This document shows positions 1-6,321 of a stretch of 32,000 nt of DNA, in pieces. The stretch covers positions 5,490,001 to 5,522,000 of the forward strand of contig NZ_LN831039.1 of the NCBI RefSeq assembly GCF_001457595.1, given 5' to 3'. The stretch is from Mycolicibacterium smegmatis (GTDB taxonomy: Bacteria > Actinomycetota > Actinomycetes > Mycobacteriales > Mycobacteriaceae). A program made the position numbers and the translations under genes. Position 1 is the stretch's first letter; each line of letters opens with the position of its first letter. The notes under the pieces were generated by a model. That model saw nothing but the letters and a program-made list of their open reading frames with translations, was not told the DNA's origin and did no database searches.

Positions 1-1353
1 GAGTACAAGCCGATGCTGGACTCGGCGCTCCAGATCGCCGAGCACACCCCGCAGGCGTGCGTCATCCTGCAGCGCGATCAGAAACCCTGCGACCTGATCG
101 AGGGGCGCGACGTCGACTGGCACGAACTGGTGGCCACGGCCGAACCGGCCGATCCGGTCCCGGTGGCCGCCACCGACCCGCTGTACGTGCTGTACACGTC
201 CGGCACCACCGGCAAGCCCAAGGGCATCGTCCGCGACAACGGCGGACACGCGGTGGCGCTGCTGTGGTCGATGCGCAACATCTACGGCATCGAACCCGGC
301 GACGTGTTCTGGACGGCGTCCGACGTGGGCTGGGTGGTCGGGCACTCCTACATCGTGTATGCGCCGCTGATGCTGGGCGCGACAACCGTTCTGTACGAAG
401 GCAAACCGGTCGGCACACCCGACGCGGGCGCCTTCTGGCGCGTCATCTCCGAACACAAGGTGAAGGCGTTGTTCACCGCGCCGACCGCAGTGCGCGCGAT
501 CAAGAAGGAAGACCCCGAAGGCGCGCGCATGCGCGACTACGACCTGTCGAGCCTGAAGTATCTGTTCCAGGCCGGCGAGCGCCTCGATCCGGACACCTAC
601 CACTGGGCCGCCTGGAGACTCGGCAAGCCCGTCATCGACCACTGGTGGCAGACCGAGACAGGCTGGGCGATCGCGGCCAACCCGGCCGGCCTCGAACTCA
701 TGCCGGTCAAGCCCGGTTCGGCGACCGTGCCGATGCCCGGTTACGACGTGCAGATTCTGCGGGCCGACGGCTCCGTCGCCGATCCGAACGAAGAAGGCGC
801 GATCTGCATCAAGCTGCCGCTGCCGCCGGGCACGCTGCCCACCGTGTGGGGCGACGACCAGCGCTACATCTCCTCGTACCTGTCGGCGTTCGAGGGCTAT
901 TACCTCACCGGTGACGGCGGCTACATCGACGAAGACGGCTACCTGTTCGTCATGGGCCGCACCGACGACGTCATCAACGTGGCCGGCCACCGCCTGTCGA
1001 CAGGGTCGATCGAGGCCGTGCTCGCCGAGCATCCCGCGGTCGCCGAGTGTGCCGTGATCGGTGTGGCCGACGAACTCAAGGGGCAGGTGCCGCGAGGGTT
1101 CGTGGTGCTCAAATCCGGTGCGTCCGCCGACAAGCTGGGTGACGAGCTGATCCAGAAGGTACGCGAGAGCATCGGCGCCGTTGCCGTTTTCAAGTCCGTC
1201 GACGTGGTGTCGGCGCTGCCGAAGACCCGCTCGGGCAAGATCCTGCGCAAGACCATGCGCGGTATCGCCGACGGCAAGGACGAGCCCGTGCCCTCGACGA
1301 TCGAGGACCCCTCGGTGCTCGACGACCTCAAGTCGGTGTTGCGCCGGGGCTGA
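1..1353 (+). CDS. prpE: AMP-forming acyl-CoA synthetase (propionate/acetate--CoA ligase family), 5' end cut by the window edge
   Basis: Frame 1 is open from base 1 (EYKP precedes the listed Met at 13). It carries the AMP-binding signature YTSGTTGKPKG. The C-terminal LPKTRSGKILRKTMR...TIEDPSVLDDL tail is closer to PrpE than to Acs as I recall them. Stop TGA at 1351-1353. Confidence 0.8.
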   Translation, partial: EYKPMLDSALQIAEHTPQACVILQRDQKPCDLIEGRDVDWHELVATAEPADPVPVAATDPLYVLYTSGTTGKPKGIVRDNGGHAVALLWSMRNIYGIEPGDVFWTASDVGWVVGHSYIVYAPLMLGATTVLYEGKPVGTPDAGAFWRVISEHKVKALFTAPTAVRAIKKEDPEGARMRDYDLSSLKYLFQAGERLDPDTYHWAAWRLGKPVIDHWWQTETGWAIAANPAGLELMPVKPGSATVPMPGYDVQILRADGSVADPNEEGAICIKLPLPPGTLPTVWGDDQRYISSYLSAFEGYYLTGDGGYIDEDGYLFVMGRTDDVINVAGHRLSTGSIEAVLAEHPAVAECAVIGVADELKGQVPRGFVVLKSGASADKLGDELIQKVRESIGAVAVFKSVDVVSALPKTRSGKILRKTMRGIADGKDEPVPSTIEDPSVLDDLKSVLRRG

Positions 1354-3271
1354 TCCAGGCGCGGTTGCTCAGCAGGCGAAGGCCGTTGAGCGCCACCAAG
1401 ATCGTCGACCCTTCATGTCCGGCCACACCGAGCGGTAACGGCAAGTGGCCGAACAGGTCCCACAGGACCAGCGTGGTGATCGCGGCGCCGGCCATCACGA
1501 GGTTCGCGATGACGACGCGTCGGGCCCGCCGCGCCAGTGCGATCACCGCGGGGACGGTGGCGAGTTCGTCGCGGATGGTGACGACGTCGGCGGTCTGGAC
1601 CGTCAGGTCCGCACCCGCCCTGCCCATCGCGATCGAGGTGTGCGCGGCGGCCATCGCGGGTGCGTCGTTGACGCCGTCGCCCACCACGAGCACGTGCGTG
1701 TTGTCGCGCTGAAGTTTCTGCACCGCAGCAGCTTTGCCGTCGGGGAGGAGTTCGGCGTGCACGTCGGCGATGCCGGCCTCCTCCGCCAGTCGTCCGGCGG
1801 CGCGACGGTTGTCACCGGTCAGCAGCATGGGTGGGTGTTTGGTCAACTGCGCCAACTGCATCACGGCGGCAGGAGCGTCGGGCCGCAGCCGGTCGGCCAG
1901 GCCGATGACACCGACGGGTAGCCCGTCCTCGAGGACGACGACGGCGGTGCCACCGTCGTTCTCGATCGCGGCGCAGTGCTCGCGCACGGCCCCGTCCTTC
2001 CCCGCGAAAGCTGCGGGGCTGACGACCTCGACGACGTGCCCGGCCACACGCGCGCGCACGCCCCGGCCCGGAAGTGCCGTGAAGTCACCGGCCTCAGGTA
2101 CCACGCGCCCGCGCGCCGCCGCGACGATCGCGCGCCCCAATGGATGCTCACTGAACTGTTCTGCGGCAGCGGCCATCCCGAGCACATCGGCACCGTCAAT
2201 GAGCACGGTCACCCGCGAGATCACAGGCTCCCCCGACGTCAACGTCCCGGTCTTGTCGAGCACCACCACGTCGGTATCGGCCAACCGCTCCATCGCGACC
2301 GCAGATTTCACCAGCACGCCGTGCCTGCTCGCGTTCGCGATCGCCGACAACAGCGGCGGCATGGTCGCGAGCACCACCGCGCACGGCGACGCCACGATCA
2401 TGAACGTCATGGCGCGCAACAGCGTCGAGCGCAAATCGGCGCCGAACATCAGCGGCACGGTGAACAACGCGAGGGTCGCGACAACCACGCCCGCCGAGTA
2501 GCGCTGCTCGATCTTCTCGATGAACAGTTGCGTGGTGGCCTTGGTCGCCGATGCCTCGGCCACCATCGCCACTATGCGCGCCACCACGGTCTGCGAGGGT
2601 TCGCGCGTCACCTCGACGCGCAGCGCACCCGAACCGTTGACGGTCCCGGCGAACACGTCGTCGCCGACGTCCTTCGCGGCGGGCAGTGGCTCCCCGGTGA
2701 TCGAGGACTGGTCGACCTCCGAGGCACCGCCGATCACTGTGCCGTCAGCCGAGATTCGCTCGCCCGGACGCACCACGATGACGTCGCCGGGCCGCAGATC
2801 GGCGGCGGCGACCACACGTTGGGACCCGTCGCCGAGGAGGGTGGCGTGCTCGGGAGCGAGGTCGAGCAACCCGCGCACCGACCGCTCGGTCCTTGTGGTC
2901 GCCACATCTTCGAGCGCGCCCGACGTCGCAAAGATGACGATCAACAGCGCACCGTCGAACACCTGCCCGATGGTGGCCGCACCGATCGCTGCGACGATCA
3001 TCAGCAGGTCGACGTCGAGTGTGCGGTTGCGTAAGGCCCGCACGCCGACCCACGCGGGTTCCCAGCCACCGACGACGTAGCAGGCCAGGTACAACGTCCA
3101 GACCACGGCCTGCGGTGCTCCGAGGAGTTGCGCGGCCAGTCCGGTGAGAAACAGTGCGAGTGCCGCGGCGGCCCACCGAACGGAGGGCACCGTCCACAGC
3201 CAACCGCCGGATCGCGGTCGCGCCGGGCGGGCCGAAGGTGCGGGTTCGACGGCGGGATACAGCGCGGTCAT
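1328..3271 (-). CDS. ctpD: P1B-4-type heavy-metal (Co2+/Ni2+) exporting P-type ATPase
   Basis: 647-aa ORF with DKTGTLT phosphorylation site, TGDN and GDGVNDAP motifs. It has the transmembrane SPC motif (IVASPCAVV) and HEGST in the last TM segment, and no N-terminal CxxC metal-binding domain. It is divergent from an NmtR-type sensor, like ctpJ-nmtR in M. tuberculosis. Its position relative to eno fits M. smegmatis CtpD from memory. Its 3' end overlaps prpE by 26 nt in convergent orientation. Confidence 0.85.
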   Translation of the reverse strand: MTALYPAVEPAPSARPARPRSGGWLWTVPSVRWAAAALALFLTGLAAQLLGAPQAVVWTLYLACYVVGGWEPAWVGVRALRNRTLDVDLLMIVAAIGAATIGQVFDGALLIVIFATSGALEDVATTRTERSVRGLLDLAPEHATLLGDGSQRVVAAADLRPGDVIVVRPGERISADGTVIGGASEVDQSSITGEPLPAAKDVGDDVFAGTVNGSGALRVEVTREPSQTVVARIVAMVAEASATKATTQLFIEKIEQRYSAGVVVATLALFTVPLMFGADLRSTLLRAMTFMIVASPCAVVLATMPPLLSAIANASRHGVLVKSAVAMERLADTDVVVLDKTGTLTSGEPVISRVTVLIDGADVLGMAAAAEQFSEHPLGRAIVAAARGRVVPEAGDFTALPGRGVRARVAGHVVEVVSPAAFAGKDGAVREHCAAIENDGGTAVVVLEDGLPVGVIGLADRLRPDAPAAVMQLAQLTKHPPMLLTGDNRRAAGRLAEEAGIADVHAELLPDGKAAAVQKLQRDNTHVLVVGDGVNDAPAMAAAHTSIAMGRAGADLTVQTADVVTIRDELATVPAVIALARRARRVVIANLVMAGAAITTLVLWDLFGHLPLPLGVAGHEGSTILVALNGLRLLSNRAWISPGATPT

Positions 3272-3305
3272 CGAGCACCCTTCGTTGGATTGACGAACGC
3301 ATACG

Positions 3306-3335
3306 TTTATACATGTAAAGATTTAAATGTATCAA
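3306..3335. promoter_or_regulatory. Imperfect 30-bp palindrome in the AT-rich ctpD/nmtR divergent promoter; candidate ArsR/NmtR operator
   Basis: TTTATACATGTAAAGATTTAAATGTATCAA has half-sites TTTATACAT and ATGTATCAA separated by 12 nt. It sits in the only AT-rich stretch of the 96-bp intergenic region between two divergent metal genes. Confidence 0.45.
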
Positions 3336-3367
3336 TGCTCACTTGCGTGCCATGCGAGAATGGGCGC

Positions 3368-3721
3368 ATGGGTCATGGTGTCGAGGGGCGTTCCACGCCC
3401 GCCGCATCGCTCGATGCCGCGTCAGCGGTCAAGGTCGCCGAGACACTGCAGGCCCTGGCGTCTCCCAACCGATTGCTGATCTTGACTCGGCTGCGCGAAT
3501 CCCCCTGCTCGGTCACCGAACTGTCGGCGGCGGTCGGGATGGAGCAACCTGCGGTGTCCAACCAGTTGCGCCTGTTGCGGACGCTGGGACTGGTGACCGG
3601 AGACCGGTCGGGGCGCAACATCGTCTACCGGCTCTACGACAGCCACGTCGCGCAACTGCTCGATGAGGCGATCTACCACATCGAACATCTGCGACTCGGC
3701 GTTCGCGACGGCACCGCCTGA
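3368..3721 (+). CDS. nmtR: ArsR/SmtB-family Ni(II)/Co(II)-sensing repressor, NmtR type
   Basis: Starting at ATG 3368 gives a 117-aa protein, MGHGVEGR..., whose N-terminus is identical to M. tuberculosis NmtR as I recall it. It has a winged-helix core (LASPNRLLIL...ELSAAVGMEQPAVSNQLRLLR). Asp91, His93, His104 and His107 fall at exactly the alpha5-site positions described for NmtR. The longer ORF-track start at 3128 would overlap ctpD and the promoter. Confidence 0.85.
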   Translation: MGHGVEGRSTPAASLDAASAVKVAETLQALASPNRLLILTRLRESPCSVTELSAAVGMEQPAVSNQLRLLRTLGLVTGDRSGRNIVYRLYDSHVAQLLDEAIYHIEHLRLGVRDGTA

Positions 3722-3941
3722 GCCAGATCCGGCTGCGGGCAAGAGAATTTCATTTGCCGTCACACACTCGTCACACATCTGAGGCTGCGGCGGCAAAACG
3801 CCGGGCGATCACTGGAATCCTTTATTTTCGCCCTGAGCCGAACTATCGTTGAGTTGTTATAAGTTGATATCCGCCTGAGCTCGGGCGATTTGCTACCGCG
3901 CAGTACCAGCGACGCTTGGGCACGTTAGGAGTTGAGCAACG

Positions 3942-4040
3942 ATGCGCATCGCAACCAAGGGAAACTGCACCTGTCGCTGCAACGCATGCGACGGAGGCCA
4001 CCACTGCGGAAACCCGCCGAACTGCAACGTGCGGCGCTGA
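3942..4040 (+). CDS. Unannotated 32-aa Cys/His-rich mini-protein MRIATKGNCTCRCNACDGGHHCGNPPNCNVRR (metallothionein-like, or a Cys-rich leader peptide)
   Basis: ATG at 3942 follows AGGAG (3927-3931) with a 10-nt spacer. An in-frame TGA two codons upstream fixes the start. It has 6 Cys and 2 His spaced CxCxCxxC-x3-HHC-x5-C. Third positions are G/C in 25 of 31 codons. Stop TGA at 4038-4040 is followed by two stem-loops. It is shorter than the 60-aa ORF-track cut-off. Confidence 0.55.
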   Translation: MRIATKGNCTCRCNACDGGHHCGNPPNCNVRR

Positions 4041-4047
4041 CGCCGTA

Positions 4048-4084
4048 GGTGACCTGCCGCCGACCATCGCGCGGCAGGTCATCC
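4048..4084 (+). terminator. Stem-loop directly after the Cys-rich ORF (11-13 bp stem, no U tract)
   Basis: TGACCTGCCGC (4050-4060) pairs perfectly with GCGGCAGGTCA (4071-4081) around a 10-nt loop. Confidence 0.5.
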
Positions 4085-4093
4085 CATACCTCT

Positions 4094-4134
4094 GAGCCCA
4101 TCGATCACGCCGATCGATCGGGCTCTTTCGGTTT
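4094..4134 (+). terminator. Second stem-loop with a T-rich tail (intrinsic-terminator-like)
   Basis: GAGCCCATCGATC (4094-4106) pairs with GATCGATCGGGCTC (4112-4125), giving 13 bp with one bulged C and a 5-nt loop. TTTCGGTTT follows. Confidence 0.5.
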
Positions 4135-4158
4135 CACGCCAGACACTCCGCGTGTCCG

Positions 4159-4164
4159 TATGCT
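4159..4164 (+). promoter_or_regulatory. Possible -10 hexamer TATGCT for a leaderless transcript starting at GTG 4171
   Basis: It fits the mycobacterial TANNNT -10 pattern and ends 6 nt before the GTG start of the ZIP-like gene. No Shine-Dalgarno sequence lies in between. Confidence 0.3.
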
Positions 4165-4170
4165 CACGCT

Positions 4171-4872
4171 GTGCTCACCGCGCTCCTCTGGGGCCTCGTC
4201 GCTGCGTCCTCTCTGCTCGTCGGAGCCGTGGCCGGCACCGTCCGCGACTGGAACGAGCGTCTGGTCGGTCTGGTCCTCGGCTTCGGTGCCGGCGCGCTGA
4301 TCTCCAGCATCTCGTTCGAACTCGCCGAGGAAGGCGTTCGGGTCAGCGGTGCTCTGGCCGTCGCACTCGGCCTGGCAATCGGCGCCGTCGTGTTCTACGT
4401 GGCCGACAAGACGGTGGATCGCATGGGCCGCACCGGTGGCGGGGCGGGCATGCCCCTGCTGTTGGGGGCGCTTCTCGATGGCATACCGGAACAGGCCGTG
4501 CTCGGTATCGGCATCGCGGGCGGCGCCGGGGTGAGCATGGCACTCCTGGTGGCGATCTTCGTGTCGAACCTGCCCGAGTCGATCGGATCGGCCAGTGACA
4601 TGAGGAGCGCCGGCCACCCGGTACGCACGATTCTCGGTGGCTGGGCGGCGATCTCGGCACTGTGCGCGGTAGCCACCGTGGGCGGCTACCAGTTGCAGAA
4701 GGTCGCCGGTGCGGCGCTGCAGGGCGGGATCAACGGATTCGCCGCGGGGGCACTGCTTGTCATGCTCGTCGGGTCGATGATTCCCGAGGCCACGCAGAAG
4801 GCCCGTGAGAATGCCGGACTCGCGGCAGTTCTCGGATTCGCCGTCGCCGCCGGTCTGTCGCTCGCCACCTGA
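4171..4872 (+). CDS. ZIP-family (ZupT/GufA-like) divalent-metal permease, non-canonical motif variant
   Basis: 233-aa polytopic membrane protein that aligns by eye with E. coli ZupT. DGIPEQ and SNLPES stand where ZupT has HNFPEG and HNIPEG, and GSMIPEA stands where ZupT has DELMPLA. GTG start at 4171. Confidence 0.75.
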   Translation: MLTALLWGLVAASSLLVGAVAGTVRDWNERLVGLVLGFGAGALISSISFELAEEGVRVSGALAVALGLAIGAVVFYVADKTVDRMGRTGGGAGMPLLLGALLDGIPEQAVLGIGIAGGAGVSMALLVAIFVSNLPESIGSASDMRSAGHPVRTILGGWAAISALCAVATVGGYQLQKVAGAALQGGINGFAAGALLVMLVGSMIPEATQKARENAGLAAVLGFAVAAGLSLAT

Positions 4873-4896
4873 CGCGAAGGGCGTTACGTTCAGCAG

Positions 4897-5682
4897 GTGG
4901 CTCCCCAATGGCACCTGGGCCCCGTGACCGTCGGGGTCCACGGATTGTTCGTCGCGCTCGCAGTGTTCGCCGCGGTCCTGGTGTTCAGCCACGAGGCCCG
5001 TCGACGCGGCGCGGTCAACGAGCAGTCGATCGTGGCGGTGGCCGGTGCGCTGATCGGCGGCGCGATCGGCATGCGACTGTCGGGCTGGGCCCAGCACCTC
5101 GATCTCAGCGCGAATCCGAGTCTGGCACAGGCCTGGGAGTTCGGCTCCCGCAGCATCCTCGGTGGACTGCTGGGCGCCTACATCGGCGTACACGTCGCCA
5201 AACGTCTCGGCGGCTACCGCGGCAAGACCGGCGATCTGTTCGCACCGGCGGTCGCGCTGGGCATGGCCATCGGCCGCATCGGTTGCCTGCTCACCGAGGC
5301 CCCCGGGCGGCCCACGAACCTGCCATGGGGCATCCACGCGCCGGCCAGCACTCCGGAATGTCCCGCGTGCCTGACGGGTCAGGCCATGCATCCGTCATTC
5401 GTGTACGAGATCGTGTTCCAGCTGGTTGCTTTCGCGGTGCTGCTGTGGCTGCGCAACCGCATCACCCACCCCGGCGAGTTGTTCGTCATCTACATCGCCG
5501 CCTACGCGGTGTTCCGATTCTTCGTCGAGTTCTTCCGCGCCAACGAAACAGTGTGGCTGGATCTCACCCGGCCACAATGGTTCCTGCTGCCCACGTTGCT
5601 GATCATCGGGTTTCGGCTGTGCTACGGCTACCGGCACGGTTACTATCGGCGCGCAGCCCGCAGTGAGGAAGTGCCGGTATGA
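4897..5682 (+). CDS. Lgt-family protein (prolipoprotein diacylglyceryl transferase paralogue) with an altered active-site motif
   Basis: It aligns along its length with E. coli Lgt: N-terminal GPVTVGVHGLF, GRIGC (canonical GRLGN), MHPSFVYE (HPSQLYE), and YAVFRFFVEFFR (YGAFRIIVEFFR). GTG start lies 24 nt after the ZIP stop, and the stop overlaps the next start (ATGA). Confidence 0.85.
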   Translation: MAPQWHLGPVTVGVHGLFVALAVFAAVLVFSHEARRRGAVNEQSIVAVAGALIGGAIGMRLSGWAQHLDLSANPSLAQAWEFGSRSILGGLLGAYIGVHVAKRLGGYRGKTGDLFAPAVALGMAIGRIGCLLTEAPGRPTNLPWGIHAPASTPECPACLTGQAMHPSFVYEIVFQLVAFAVLLWLRNRITHPGELFVIYIAAYAVFRFFVEFFRANETVWLDLTRPQWFLLPTLLIIGFRLCYGYRHGYYRRAARSEEVPV

Positions 5683-6320
5683 CCCCTCCCCCATCACAGC
5701 CACCCGAGCCACCGCCTGCTGCCGGTGAACCGCCAGAAGACGACGGGCCGCAAGACATTCCACCCGCCTACGAGTACGACGTGCGCCCTCCCGGCGCACC
5801 GCACGTACCGCCGTATGCCCCTCCGGCCGGGCCTCCACAAGGGCCTCCACAAGGGCCTCCACAAGGGCCTCCGCAGGGGCCTCCGCCGACACCGCCACCA
5901 CCGCCGCCGGCCGGACCACCCATCGGGTATCCACCACCGCCGCCGGGATACTCGCAGCCCTACCCGGGGGACTATCCGTCGTCACCCCCGCCGCCCGGAT
6001 ACGGTAGGCCACCGTCACGGATCTCGGTGGCCATGGTCATCATCGGCCCGTTCATCTACGCCGCGATCAACCTGGTGGTGGGGTTCATGGCGCTCATCGC
6101 CGGGGGCATGCTCGAAACTCAGACCAGCAACTCCAGCATCATCTTCGGCGTCGCCGCGCTCGGCCTGCTGCTCATCGCGTTCGGCGGAGGCACACTCCTG
6201 CTCCGCCGCAACAACCCTCAAGCACGCGGCCTCGGCATCGGGCTGATGATCGGCTGGGCGCTCATGTCCGTACTCACCGCCGGGTTCTGCACCGGCATCA
6301 ACCCGGAGATGTATACCTGA
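5679..6320 (+). CDS. Proline-rich N-terminal domain fused to a 4-TM membrane domain; unknown function
   Basis: 213 aa. Residues 1-112 are about half Pro and include (GPPQ)4. The C-terminal 100 aa contain four hydrophobic segments. ATG 5679 overlaps the lgt-like stop, and the stop lies 1 nt before the radical-SAM ATG. Confidence 0.7.
   Translation: MTPPPSQPPEPPPAAGEPPEDDGPQDIPPAYEYDVRPPGAPHVPPYAPPAGPPQGPPQGPPQGPPQGPPPTPPPPPPAGPPIGYPPPPPGYSQPYPGDYPSSPPPPGYGRPPSRISVAMVIIGPFIYAAINLVVGFMALIAGGMLETQTSNSSIIFGVAALGLLLIAFGGGTLLLRRNNPQARGLGIGLMIGWALMSVLTAGFCTGINPEMYT
5829..5888 (+). repeat. Five tandem 12-nt units (GGGCCTCCACAA x3, then GGGCCTCCGCAG and GGGCCTCCGCCG) encoding GPPQ repeats
   Basis: Read directly from the sequence. 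The repeats are in frame within the Pro-rich CDS. Confidence 0.9.
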
Positions 6321-6321
6321 T

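Noticed and set aside
1328-1353. 26-nt convergent overlap of the prpE and ctpD 3' ends
   Set aside because: Short convergent overlaps are common in compact high-GC genomes. No structure or extra signal is seen there.
3128-3367. Long N-terminal extension of the nmtR ORF (track start 3128, or ATG 3335)
   Set aside because: It would overlap the ctpD coding region and the AT-rich promoter/operator. The MGHGVEGR N-terminus at 3368 matches the NmtR N-terminus and places the ligand residues at the expected numbers.
3759-3779. Direct repeat GTCACACA-CTC-GTCACACA, superficially like the TTCACACTCGCG repeat core
   Set aside because: Only about 8 nt are shared with the repeat family and there is no inverted partner. 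It may be a promoter-proximal element, but there is too little evidence.
3813-3830. Possible Zur box (TGGAATCCTTTATTTTCG) upstream of the mini-ORF
   Set aside because: Only the right half (ATTTTCG) resembles the TGAAAAT-N-ATTTTCA palindrome. The left half matches poorly, so it is not distinguishable from chance.
3843-4082. 79-aa - strand ORF overlapping the Cys-rich mini-ORF
   Set aside because: It starts inside hairpin 1, has no ribosome-binding site and reads as featureless Ala/Val/Arg-rich sequence. The + strand mini-ORF has a Shine-Dalgarno sequence, a defined start and terminators. I cannot fully exclude it without expression data.
4105-5391. 428-aa - strand ORF opposite the ZIP and lgt-like genes
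   Set aside because: Its product is hydrophilic and Arg/Gly/Asp-rich with no motifs. The sense-strand products have clear family signatures.
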